DNA of 64,000 bases from an uncultured Actinomycetota bacterium (GTDB lineage: Bacteria; Actinomycetota; Actinomycetes; JACCUZ01). The notes under the pieces are model-generated. The model worked only from the letters and a program-made list of their open reading frames with translations. It did not search any database and was not told the origin of the DNA. The stretch spans positions 2,054,003 to 2,118,002 of the forward strand of contig CAVVSW010000005.1 of assembly GCA_963751035.1 (NCBI GenBank), given 5' to 3'. Positions 11,638-20,139 of this stretch are shown here, in pieces. A program made the translations under genes and the position numbers. Within the stretch, counting starts at the first letter, position 1. Each line of letters opens with the position of its first letter.

Positions 11638-12828
11638 ATGTCCGACCAGCCGGGCCTGCCGGGCGAGCCGCCGCAGGTACCACCCGCGTCGCCCGGGCCG
11701 CCCGTCCCGCCGGTTCCGCCCGGCTGGGCCCCCGTGCAGCCCCCCGCCGCACCGGGATGGGGGCCGGCACCGGGCGCGGGCCAGGCACCCGGTTGGGGCC
11801 AGGCACCGGGTGGGGGCCAGGCACCCGGTTGGGGCCAGGCACCAGGTTGGGGCCAGGCACCGCCCGGATGGGCGCAGCCGCCCAAGCCGGGAGTCATCCC
11901 GCTCCGGCCGCTCGGCGTCGGCGAGATCCTCGACGGCGCGATCTCCTCGATCCGCCGCGACCCCAAGCTGATGCTCGGCGTCTCGGCTCTCGTGGTCATC
12001 GTGTCGACGCTGCTCCAGTCGGTGATCACCTGGCTGCTGCTGAAGGACTCGAGCGCGACCCTGACCCAGCCCACCGGCACGCTCACCGACGACCAGGCCT
12101 TCGACCTGATCGGCGGCACGGTCGTCACCTTCCTGATCTCGAGCACCATCAGCGTGCTCGCGCAGGTGCTGCTCACCGGCATCCTGACGTTCTCGGTGAG
12201 CAAGGCCGTGCTGGGTGAGCGCCCGCGCGCGGCCGAGGCGTGGGAGGCGACCCGTCGGCGGCTGCCGGCGCTGCTCGGCCTGACCCTGCTCGTGCTCCTG
12301 ATGGTCGGCGCCGCGGTGGCCCTGCCCGTCGTACCCGGGATCCTCGCCCTGGTCGCGGGCTCCAACGTCGCGGGTGCGCTCCTGCTGATCGTGGGCGTGC
12401 CGGCAGCGCTCGTGCTCGCGCTGGCGACCGCCGTGCTCACGTGGTTCGCGGCTCCCATCGTGATGCTCGAGCGGCAGCCGGTGGTCGCCGCGCTGCGCCG
12501 GTCGGCACGGCTGGTCCGCGCCAACTTCTGGCGCGTCCTCGGTCTGTGGCTGCTGCTGCAGCTGATCGCGGGCGTGCTCGGTGGCATCCTCAGCGGCCCG
12601 CTCGCCGTGGTGGCGAGCGAGGCCTTCGACAACCCGTTCGGCTGGCAGTCGCTGTCGCTGCAGGCGGTGGGAACGATCCTGGCGAGCACCGTGACCCTGC
12701 CATTCGCGGCTGCAGTAGCGGTTCTCGTCTACGTCGACCAGCGGATGCGCCGCGAGGCACTCGACATTGAGCTCTCCCGGGCCGCGGGATACGGGACGTC
12801 CGGGCAGTCGGCGACCCCGGGCACGTGA
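11638..12828 (+). CDS. Polytopic membrane protein with Pro/Gly/Trp-rich repetitive N-terminus (first gene of the MoxR module)
   Basis: 396 aa. The N-terminal ~85 aa are PGW-rich repeats, followed by IPLRPLGVGEILDGAISSIRRDPK and at least 5 hydrophobic segments. Its stop overlaps the next gene's start (GTGA at 12825-12828). Confidence 0.7.
   Translation: MSDQPGLPGEPPQVPPASPGPPVPPVPPGWAPVQPPAAPGWGPAPGAGQAPGWGQAPGGGQAPGWGQAPGWGQAPPGWAQPPKPGVIPLRPLGVGEILDGAISSIRRDPKLMLGVSALVVIVSTLLQSVITWLLLKDSSATLTQPTGTLTDDQAFDLIGGTVVTFLISSTISVLAQVLLTGILTFSVSKAVLGERPRAAEAWEATRRRLPALLGLTLLVLLMVGAAVALPVVPGILALVAGSNVAGALLLIVGVPAALVLALATAVLTWFAAPIVMLERQPVVAALRRSARLVRANFWRVLGLWLLLQLIAGVLGGILSGPLAVVASEAFDNPFGWQSLSLQAVGTILASTVTLPFAAAVAVLVYVDQRMRREALDIELSRAAGYGTSGQSATPGT
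11755..11880 (+). repeat. In-frame tandem repeat, 18-bp unit ggccaggcaccNggtKgg (GQAPGW), ~5 copies plus degenerate flanks
   Basis: Read directly. Units fall at about 11779-11796, 11797-11814, 11815-11832, 11833-11850 and 11851-11871. Translation is GQAPGWGQAPGGGQAPGWGQAPGWGQAPPGW. Confidence 0.85.
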
Positions 12829-13463
12829 GCCTTCCTCTGTCGGTGCCGGTGGAGCTGGGCCGGGAAGCGGCCCGCGACGCAGCCCGCGAGGAGCTCTCCC
12901 GGCAGGTCTACCAGCAGGCGAAGCCGGGTCTGGCCCAGCGCGCACTGCAGTGGCTCTGGGACCACCTCGTTGCCCTGCTGGACAACGTCGGCAGCGCATC
13001 GCCGGGCGGCTACGCCGGCGTCATCGCGATCGTGCTGCTCATCGTGGCCGCGATCGTTGCGGTGCGGCTCAAGGTCGGTCCCTTCGGCAAGGCCCGGCGC
13101 ACCGAGGACGCGCTGTTCGTGGGCGGCCCTCGCTCGGCTGCCGAGCACCGGCGGGCAGCCGACGCCCACGCGGCGGCGGGCGAGTGGGCCGAGGCCGTGC
13201 GCGAACGGCTCCGCGCGGTCATCCGCTCGCTGGAGGAACGCGCGCTGCTCGACCCACGTCCGGGACGGACTGCCGACGAGGCCGCGGTCGAGGCCGGCGC
13301 GGCACTGCCCGAGTGCGCGGCGGCGTTGCGCGCTGCGGCACGCGTCTTCGACGAGATCTGGTACGGCGGTCGCGCAGCGTCAGCGGCGTCCGACCAGGTC
13401 GTGCGCGATCTCGACGAGCAGGTCCGCACCAGCCGCTCGGTGCTCTCGGCCGGCCCCCGGTGA
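12825..13463 (+). CDS. DUF4129 domain-containing membrane protein
   Basis: 212 aa with one TM (YAGVIAIVLLIVAAIVAV) followed by ..ADAHAAAGEWAEAVRERLRAVIRSLEERALLDPRPGRTADEAA..FDEIWYGGR, which matches my memory of DUF4129. GTGA overlaps at both ends. Confidence 0.72.
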   Translation: MSLPLSVPVELGREAARDAAREELSRQVYQQAKPGLAQRALQWLWDHLVALLDNVGSASPGGYAGVIAIVLLIVAAIVAVRLKVGPFGKARRTEDALFVGGPRSAAEHRRAADAHAAAGEWAEAVRERLRAVIRSLEERALLDPRPGRTADEAAVEAGAALPECAAALRAAARVFDEIWYGGRAASAASDQVVRDLDEQVRTSRSVLSAGPR

Positions 13464-14632
13464 CCGCCACGGTGGCTGCCCCCACGGCGGCACCCCGCAG
13501 CCTCGACCCCACCGGCCGTGAGGTCTGGCATGCGGTCCGGGGGCCGGGGCTCATCGTGCTCGGCGTGCTGCTCGCGGCGGTTGCCGTCGCGGCCCTGGGG
13601 GGCGGGTCACAAGCCGGCTTGCTCGACCCGCGCGCCGTGGACCCGTCCGGCAGCCGTGCGGTCGCCGAGGTGCTGCGCGACCAAGGCGTGCAGGTCCAGC
13701 TCGTGCAGACGAACCGCGGGTTGCGGGACATCGCGCTGCCGAGCGACACCGTCCTGGTCGCGTTCCCCGACCTGCTCCGTCCCGAGCAGGCGGCGACCGT
13801 CCGGGACATCGGCGCCGATCTCGTCGTGATCGGTTCGCACATCCCGGAGCAGTTCGTAGCCGGCGTCGACCTGAGCGGGGAGTCCGCACTGGAGGCCAGG
13901 CAGCCGGTCTGCGCCCTCCCCGCGGCCGAGCGTGCGGGCATCGCGGACACCGGTGGCGTGTCCTACGACCCGGCTCCCGACGCCGGCGACGACACCGTCG
14001 GCTGCTATGCCCGCGAGGGGCTGCCGTCGCTGGTGCAGGTGAGCACCGCCGGGCGCACCGTGACGCTGCTCGGCAGCCCGCAGGCGCTGACCAACGACCG
14101 GATCGACGAGCTCGGCAACGCTGCCCTCACACTCAGCCTGCTGGGGCAGAACGGCCGGCTGCTCTGGTACCTGCCGTCGTTGGGCGACGTGTCCGCCGGG
14201 GAGCAGCGCTCGTTCTACGAGCTCGTCCCCGACGGCTTCTGGTGGGGGCTCACGCAGGCAGTCCTCGCCGTCCTCGTGCTGATGTTCTGGCGGGCTCGCC
14301 GGCTGGGTCCGGTGGTGCCTGAGCCGCTGCCCGTCGTGGTGCGTGCCGCCGAGACGGTCGAGGGACGCGCCCGGCTCTACCGACGCGCCGGCGCCCGCGA
14401 CAAGGCAGCAGCCGCCCTGCGCGCCGGCGCGCTCCGCCGGCTGATCCCGCTGATGGGCCTCCCCCGCAGTGCCGAGCCGCCAGCAGTGGTCGACGCCGTC
14501 GCGGCGCGCACCCGTCGTACCGCACCTGACCTCGCTGCCCTGTTGTACGGTGCCGCACCGGCCGACGACGCCGCACTGGTGCGGCTCGCGGGGGACCTCG
14601 ATGCACTCGAGAGAGAGATACGCCGACCGTGA
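13460..14632 (+). CDS. DUF4350 domain-containing protein
   Basis: GTG 13460 sits in the frame of ORF 12767..14632. Has an N-terminal TM, a central periplasmic-like domain, a second TM (WWGLTQAVLAVLVLMFW) and a C-terminal region. Its position between DUF4129 and MoxR is conserved in actinobacteria. Family assignment is from memory. Confidence 0.65.
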   Translation: MTATVAAPTAAPRSLDPTGREVWHAVRGPGLIVLGVLLAAVAVAALGGGSQAGLLDPRAVDPSGSRAVAEVLRDQGVQVQLVQTNRGLRDIALPSDTVLVAFPDLLRPEQAATVRDIGADLVVIGSHIPEQFVAGVDLSGESALEARQPVCALPAAERAGIADTGGVSYDPAPDAGDDTVGCYAREGLPSLVQVSTAGRTVTLLGSPQALTNDRIDELGNAALTLSLLGQNGRLLWYLPSLGDVSAGEQRSFYELVPDGFWWGLTQAVLAVLVLMFWRARRLGPVVPEPLPVVVRAAETVEGRARLYRRAGARDKAAAALRAGALRRLIPLMGLPRSAEPPAVVDAVAARTRRTAPDLAALLYGAAPADDAALVRLAGDLDALEREIRRP

Positions 14633-15627
14633 CCGACTCGCCTTACAGCCCGCCAGCCGCGCAACCTTCCGACAACAGTGACGCCGCGCGCGAGTCGCTG
14701 CGCCTGCTGCGCGCCGAGGTGGCCAAGGCGGTCGTCGGGCAGGACGCGGCGGTCACCGGCCTGGTCATCGCGCTGTTGTGCCGCGGCCATGTGTTGCTCG
14801 AGGGCGTGCCCGGAGTGGCCAAGACGCTGTTGGTGCGCACGCTGTCGGCGGCCCTGTCGCTGGACACCAAGCGGGTGCAGTTCACGCCCGACCTGATGCC
14901 GGGTGACGTCACGGGCTCGCTCGTCTACGACGCCCGGTCGGGGCAGTTCTCGTTCCGGTCCGGGCCGGTCTTCACCAACCTGCTGCTCGCCGACGAGATC
15001 AACCGGACGCCGCCCAAGACGCAGGCCGCCCTGCTGGAGTCGATGGAGGAGCGACAGGTGTCGGTGGAGGGCGAGCCGCGCCCGCTGCCCGACCCGTTCA
15101 TCGTCATCGCCACCCAGAACCCGGTGGAGTACGAAGGCACCTACCCGCTTCCCGAGGCACAGCTGGACCGGTTCCTGCTCAAGCTGACCATGCCGCTGCC
15201 GGCGCGCGACGACGAGATCGGCATCCTCACCCGGCACGCCGACGGGTTCGACCCGCGCGACCTTGCGGGCGCGGGTGTGCGGCCGGTTGCCGGGAAGCAG
15301 GACCTGCAGGCCGGACGCGACGCCGTACGACGGGTGACGATCGCACCCGAGGTGGTCGGCTACGTGGTGGACCTCGCGCGGGCGACCCGCCAGTCCCCGT
15401 CCTTGCAGCTGGGCGTCTCGCCGCGCGGCGCGACCGCCTTGATGGCCGCGGCTCGTGCCTGGGCCTGGATGTCCGGACGCGACTACGTCACGCCTGACGA
15501 CGTGAAGGCGCTGGCCAGGCCGGCGCTGCGTCACCGCGTCGGGCTGCGACCGGAGGCCGAGCTCGAGGGTGTGACGACCGACGCCGTGCTCGACGGCGTG
15601 CTGGGCTCGGTCCCCGTCCCACGCTGA
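14629..15627 (+). CDS. MoxR-family AAA+ ATPase
   Basis: Walker A LLEGVPGVAKTLL, Walker B LLADEINRTPPKTQAALLE, and ..IVIATQNPVEYEGTYPLPEAQLDRF. 332 aa. Confidence 0.92.
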   Translation: MTDSPYSPPAAQPSDNSDAARESLRLLRAEVAKAVVGQDAAVTGLVIALLCRGHVLLEGVPGVAKTLLVRTLSAALSLDTKRVQFTPDLMPGDVTGSLVYDARSGQFSFRSGPVFTNLLLADEINRTPPKTQAALLESMEERQVSVEGEPRPLPDPFIVIATQNPVEYEGTYPLPEAQLDRFLLKLTMPLPARDDEIGILTRHADGFDPRDLAGAGVRPVAGKQDLQAGRDAVRRVTIAPEVVGYVVDLARATRQSPSLQLGVSPRGATALMAAARAWAWMSGRDYVTPDDVKALARPALRHRVGLRPEAELEGVTTDAVLDGVLGSVPVPR

Positions 15628-16922
15628 TGGCGCTCACCGGTCGGGCCGGGCTGCTCGCCCTGCTCGGTGCACTCGTTGTCGGGCTGCTCGCACCGGCCTG
15701 GTGGGGACTGCTGCTGGTGACCGGACTGCTGGTGGTGCTCGTCGCCGTGGACGTGGCCCTGGCCGGCTCGGTGCGCGCCCTGCACCTGGACCGGTCGGGA
15801 GACGTCGCCGTCCGACTCGGCGAGCCCGCTGCGGTGTCGTTGCGCGTCGGAAATGTCTCGGCGCGTCGGCTGCGCGGTCGGGTCCGCGATGCCTGGCCGC
15901 CCAGCGCGGGGGCCACCCGGCAACGCCATGACCTCGACGTACCGCCCGGAGAGAGCCGGCAGGTCGTGACGTCGATGCGCCCGACCCGGCGCGGCGACCG
16001 GTTCGCGCACCGCGTGACCATCCGCGCGCTCGGGCCGCTGGGCATCGCCGCGCGGCAGGGGTCGCACGAGGTGCCCTGGCGGGTGCGCGTGCTGCCGCCG
16101 TTCACGTCGCGCAAGCACCTGCCGTCGAAGCTGGCCCGGCTGCGGCAGCTCGACGGGCGCGCGTCCGTGATGATCCGCGGCCAGGGCACCGAGTTCGACT
16201 CGCTTCGGGAGTACGTCGTGGGCGACGACGTCCGGTCCATCGACTGGCGGGCGTCTGCCCGCGCTGACGACGTGATGGTGCGGACCTGGCGACCGGAGCG
16301 CGACCGCCGGATCCTGCTGGTCCTGGACACCGGGCGCACGTCGGCCGGGCGGGTGGGCGACGCGCCGCGGCTGGACGCGGCCATGGACGCCGCGCTGCTG
16401 CTGGCCGCGCTGGCGTCGCGCGCCGGTGACCGGGTGGACCTGCTCGCCTACGACCGTCGCGTGCGGGCCCGCGTCGAGGGCGTCACCGGCAGCGAGCTGC
16501 TGCCGGCGCTGGTGGAGGCGATGGCGCCGCTCGAGCCGACACTCGTCGAACCCGACTACGCGGGGCTGGTGTCGACCGTGCTCGCGCGGATGTCGAGGCA
16601 GTCGCTGGTCGTGCTCCTCACCGGGCTGGACGCAACGCCGGTGCGCGAAGGCTTGCTGCCGTCCCTGTCGATGCTCGTGCGGCGGCACCGGGTGATCGTC
16701 GCGTCCGTCGGCGACCCGCGCGTCGACGCGATGGCTGCGAGTCGTGGTGACACCGAGGGCGTGTACGACGCGGCCGCCGCCGAGCGCGCGAAAGCCGACC
16801 GTGACCAGGTCGGCGAGCTGCTGTCGCGGCGGGGCGTCGAGGTCGTCGACGGCTCGCCCGACCAGCTGCCGCCGATGCTCGCCGACCGCTACCTCGCGTT
16901 GAAGGCCGCGGGTCGGCTCTGA
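15627..16922 (+). CDS. DUF58 domain-containing protein (MoxR-associated, vWA-like)
   Basis: The ATG overlaps the moxR stop (TGATG). Two N-terminal TMs, then ..GQGTEFDSLREYVVGDDVRSIDWRASAR..LLVLDTGRT, the typical DUF58 core. Confidence 0.85.
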   Translation: MALTGRAGLLALLGALVVGLLAPAWWGLLLVTGLLVVLVAVDVALAGSVRALHLDRSGDVAVRLGEPAAVSLRVGNVSARRLRGRVRDAWPPSAGATRQRHDLDVPPGESRQVVTSMRPTRRGDRFAHRVTIRALGPLGIAARQGSHEVPWRVRVLPPFTSRKHLPSKLARLRQLDGRASVMIRGQGTEFDSLREYVVGDDVRSIDWRASARADDVMVRTWRPERDRRILLVLDTGRTSAGRVGDAPRLDAAMDAALLLAALASRAGDRVDLLAYDRRVRARVEGVTGSELLPALVEAMAPLEPTLVEPDYAGLVSTVLARMSRQSLVVLLTGLDATPVREGLLPSLSMLVRRHRVIVASVGDPRVDAMAASRGDTEGVYDAAAAERAKADRDQVGELLSRRGVEVVDGSPDQLPPMLADRYLALKAAGRL

Positions 16923-16926
16923 CCGT

Positions 16927-17553
16927 GTGGATGGCATGCTGCCCGCCATGACTCTGGACCCCACCCGCACCGCTGTGCTGGCCCTGCACTGGCAGGTCAA
17001 CGTGATCGAGCCGCACGGCTTCTTCGGTGGACTGCTCGCCGAGCCCGTGGCGGCGTCCGGTGTGGTCGCCCGCGCGAGCGAGTTCCACGACGCCGTGCGC
17101 CGTCTCGGGGTGGGCGTGTTCTTCACCCGCTTCACCATCCCGGAGGGCGAGGGTCAGCTGGTTCGCAACACCGGCTTCATGACCGCCGTCGGTGATGCGC
17201 AGGAGTCGTTCCGGCCGGATGCTCCCGGTGCAGCGCTGATCGACGCGATGACCGTTGGTGAGCGCGATCTCGTCGTCGACAACCAGCGACTGTCGGGCCT
17301 CGCGGCCAGCCCGCTGCCGGCCAAACTCGCCGAGCGGGGCATCGACACGTTGCTCATCACGGGAGTGGCCACGAACCTCACGGTCGAGCAGACGGCCCGG
17401 CACGGGACCGACCTCGGCTTCACCGTGCACGTCGTCACCGACTGCGTCGCCGCGGCCGACGACGCGACCCATCAGGCATCGCTCGCCAACCTGGAGCTGG
17501 CGACCGCCGGCGGCGTGACCGCTGAGGAAGCACTGGCTCAGCTGAATGATTGA
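16927..17553 (+). CDS. Isochorismatase-family cysteine hydrolase
   Basis: ..TAVLALHWQVNV..DLVVDNQRLSGL..GIDTLLITGVATNLTVEQTARHGTDLGFTVHVVTDCVAA, with the catalytic Cys in VTDC. Start ambiguous (16927, 16936 or 16948). Confidence 0.78.
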   Translation: MDGMLPAMTLDPTRTAVLALHWQVNVIEPHGFFGGLLAEPVAASGVVARASEFHDAVRRLGVGVFFTRFTIPEGEGQLVRNTGFMTAVGDAQESFRPDAPGAALIDAMTVGERDLVVDNQRLSGLAASPLPAKLAERGIDTLLITGVATNLTVEQTARHGTDLGFTVHVVTDCVAAADDATHQASLANLELATAGGVTAEEALAQLND

Positions 17554-17981
17554 CGACGAGTGGTGACTTTGCGCCCCAGGTGCACTATCGCTCCATGACT
17601 GATGAGGAAGAGCAGGTCGTACGCCTGGTCCGATGGATCGGACCATGGGCGGACGACGATCCCGACGCGAACCTGAAGGCAGATGTGGCGTTGTATTCGC
17701 GCCTGGATCCGCTCGCGACGTTGGAGGGCCTGGGCAGGAACGTCGGACTACCGGTTGGGGCGCTGGCTCGCTACGTTCTCGCCCGATATGCCACCAGTGG
17801 GAGCGGCGGTTTGCTGGAGATCGGCCCCAGCATGGTTCACCGACTGTGGGAACCCATCGAAGAGGCGGAGCGCGAGGGAACCGAGACCGCTCGCCTCGCC
17901 GCCTATGACCAGCTGCGGCAGATGGTCGAGTGGCTCCGCTTCCCGCTCGAGCACCCGGAGGTGTACCAGCAACTTGAGTGA
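17550..17981 (+). CDS. Hypothetical acidic protein (no family recognised)
   Basis: Open frame with GC3-rich codon use. The TTG at 17550 overlaps the upstream stop. An alternative ATG at 17595 gives MTDEEEQVVRLVRWIGPW. No motif recognised. Confidence 0.45.
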   Translation: MTTSGDFAPQVHYRSMTDEEEQVVRLVRWIGPWADDDPDANLKADVALYSRLDPLATLEGLGRNVGLPVGALARYVLARYATSGSGGLLEIGPSMVHRLWEPIEEAEREGTETARLAAYDQLRQMVEWLRFPLEHPEVYQQLE

Positions 17982-18017
17982 TGCCCACGTAGCATCACCG
18001 GCTGACCCTGCCGCGAG

Positions 18018-18578
18018 TTAGCCCCGGTCGGCGTGCTCGTGCCAGGGGCGGGGATCGGTGCGGAGCAACGAGTACATCTGGACGTCCTGATTGCGCCCCT
18101 CGTTGAAGAAGGCACCCCGAAGGGTCCCCTCGTCGACGAAGCCGCACTTCTCGGCAATTCGTCGGGACGCGGCATTCTCCGGGACGATTACGAGGTGGAT
18201 GCGGTGCTTCTTCTTCGCCCCGAGAAGGTAGTCGACGACCAGCTGGACCGCGGTCGTGGTGTAGCCCCGTCCACTGAACTGCTCGTCGTACAGCTGGTAG
18301 GACAGCTCGAAGGCATCCCAGTAGTTCACCGGGGTGAAGAACTCGATGTGCCCGGCCATCTCGCCGTCGCGCGTCCAGATCACAAAGGTGCCTTCGTCGG
18401 GTTTCCAGAAGCCGCTCTCCGCGAAGTCCCGCTTGAAGGTGGACTCGGACACGATGCCCAGCGGGAAGAAGCGCCCGCGGTTGGAGATGTGCGTGTGCGC
18501 CTCGTACAGCGCGTCGAGGTCGGCCTCCCGGACCGGCCGCAGTCGAATGTCCTGTCCTTCGAGCACGGTGCCTCCCAC
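18018..18578 (-). CDS. GNAT family N-acetyltransferase
   Basis: ..IRLRPVREADLDALYEAH..GHIEFFTPVNYWDAFELSYQLYDEQFSGRGYTTTAVQLVVDYLL..IPENAASRRIAEKCGFVDEG. Likely GTG start at 18578 (or 18566). The longer ORF to 18731 has a non-GNAT leader. Confidence 0.8.
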   Translation of the reverse strand: MGGTVLEGQDIRLRPVREADLDALYEAHTHISNRGRFFPLGIVSESTFKRDFAESGFWKPDEGTFVIWTRDGEMAGHIEFFTPVNYWDAFELSYQLYDEQFSGRGYTTTAVQLVVDYLLGAKKKHRIHLVIVPENAASRRIAEKCGFVDEGTLRGAFFNEGRNQDVQMYSLLRTDPRPWHEHADRG

Positions 18579-18675
18579 AGGTCTGGCGCTGCCTGCATCT
18601 TTCGCGACTGTCGGTGGTCTGGGCAAGGATGGGCTCGCCGTCGGCACCCACCTGGCGGCAGTGACGGAGGCAATC

Positions 18676-19068
18676 ATGGACTGCAAGATCGAGCTCATCT
18701 TCGTGCCGGTCAGCGACGTCGACCGGGCCATCGAGTTCTACGTCGAGAAGGTCGGCTTCAACCTGGACATGCAGGCACGCGTCGACGAGAACACCCGCTT
18801 CGTGCAGGTCACGCCGCCCACGTCCGCCTGCTCGATCGCCTTCGGGGAGGGCATCAGCGAGATGCCCGTGGGCACGCAGAACGGCATCCAGGCGGTCGTG
18901 CCCGACGCGGAGGCGGCCCGTCGGCAGCTGGTCGACAACGGCGTCGATGCGAGTCCGGTCCAGAAGCTGGCCTGGGGGTCGTTCACCTCGTTCGCCGATC
19001 CCGACGGCAACACCTGGACGTTGCAGGAACTGCCTCCGCCGGGTTCCTACAGCACGCCGGACGCCTGA
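18676..19068 (+). CDS. VOC/glyoxalase-bleomycin-resistance family protein
   Basis: MDCKIELIFVPVSDVDRAIEFYVEKVGFNLD..FADPDGNTWTLQE. 130 aa. The ATG at 18676 is in the frame of ORF 18334..19068. Confidence 0.8.
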   Translation: MDCKIELIFVPVSDVDRAIEFYVEKVGFNLDMQARVDENTRFVQVTPPTSACSIAFGEGISEMPVGTQNGIQAVVPDAEAARRQLVDNGVDASPVQKLAWGSFTSFADPDGNTWTLQELPPPGSYSTPDA

Positions 19069-19074
19069 AGCCTG

Positions 19075-20073
19075 CTAGCCGGCGGTCGGCGCCACGTCGG
19101 TGGCGCCGGCGCCGCTGATCGCCCCCAGGTCTCCGGCCTCTGCGGCCCGCCGGCCGAGCACGAAGATGTAGGCCAGGAATGCGCCCCACGCAACCAGCCC
19201 GAGCCCGATCCGGGCCCAGGTCGGCAGGCCCGATGGCGTCACGAAGGCCTCGATGACGCCCGACAGCAGCAGCGTGCACGCGAGCCCCATCGCAAGCGCG
19301 CCCGCTGCCTGGCCCTCCTCCATCAACGCCTGCGACCGGGACCGGGGGCCGGGGTCGATCCACGACCAGCCCAGCCGGAGGCCGGCGCCGGCGGCGACGA
19401 ACACGCAGGTGAGCTCCAGCATCCCGTGCGGGAGGATCAGCCCGAAGAACTGGTCGAGGCGACCGTTCGCGGCCATCAGCCCGCCGGTGATGCCGACGTT
19501 GAGCGCGTTCTGCCACAGGATCCACACCACCGGCACGAGAAAAACCCCGAGGACGAGGCACAGCGCGGACACCCACGCGTTGTTGGTCGCGACCTGCAAT
19601 GCGAACGACTGCGCCGGCGCCGACGAGTAGTAGTTCTCGAAGTCGTGCTCGACGAGCTGGCGGATCTCCTCGGAGGTCGCGATCGAGGCCTGCACGGTGG
19701 GGTTGCCGGCCACCCAGACGCCGACGCCCAGGCCGACCAGGCAGAAGGCGACGCCCACCGACACCCACCACCGGGCCGACCGGTAGAGCGCGGCCGGGAA
19801 CGACATCGTGAAGAAGCGCGCGACGTCCTTCCACGCCGGCGCGTGCGACCCGGTGACCGCCGAGCGGGCCCGGGCAACGAGCGTCGAGAGCCGGCCGACG
19901 AGCGCAGGGTCGGGCGAGGCCGAGCGGACGACCGACAGGTGCGTCGCCGCGCGCTGGTAGAGACTGACCAGCTCGTCGACCTCGTCGCCGGAGAGCCGGC
20001 CGCGCCGTCCGACCAGCGCCTCGAGCCGCTGCCACTCCCGGCCGTGCGCCGCGACGTACGCGTCGACATCCAC
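19075..20073 (-). CDS. SpoIIM-like (DUF95) integral membrane protein
   Basis: 332 aa. Has an N-terminal helical domain (..DEVDELVSLYQRAATHLSVVRS..) followed by at least 5 TM segments with ..NNAWVSALCLVLGVF..LILPHGMLELTCVFVAAGAG.., the stage II sporulation protein M family signature as I remember it. Confidence 0.78.
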   Translation of the reverse strand: MDVDAYVAAHGREWQRLEALVGRRGRLSGDEVDELVSLYQRAATHLSVVRSASPDPALVGRLSTLVARARSAVTGSHAPAWKDVARFFTMSFPAALYRSARWWVSVGVAFCLVGLGVGVWVAGNPTVQASIATSEEIRQLVEHDFENYYSSAPAQSFALQVATNNAWVSALCLVLGVFLVPVVWILWQNALNVGITGGLMAANGRLDQFFGLILPHGMLELTCVFVAAGAGLRLGWSWIDPGPRSRSQALMEEGQAAGALAMGLACTLLLSGVIEAFVTPSGLPTWARIGLGLVAWGAFLAYIFVLGRRAAEAGDLGAISGAGATDVAPTAG

Positions 20074-20139
20074 GCCGCGCAGACTAACCTCCCTGCACGG
20101 ACGTACCGGTCGTTAACGGCCGGGCGGAGGAGGTGTGGC

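Noticed and set aside
12767-14632. 621-aa ORF as a single gene overlapping DUF4129
   Set aside because: The first ~230 codons are an Arg/Gly-rich alternative frame of the DUF4129 gene. The plausible protein begins at GTG 13460 with a GTGA overlap.
17978-17998. Hairpin (gtgatgc-ccacgta-gcatcac) as a bidirectional terminator between convergent genes
   Set aside because: It is a perfect 7-bp stem, but it overlaps the stop codon at 17979-17981, is short and only moderately GC-rich, and has no flanking T/A tract. This is insufficient to call a terminator.
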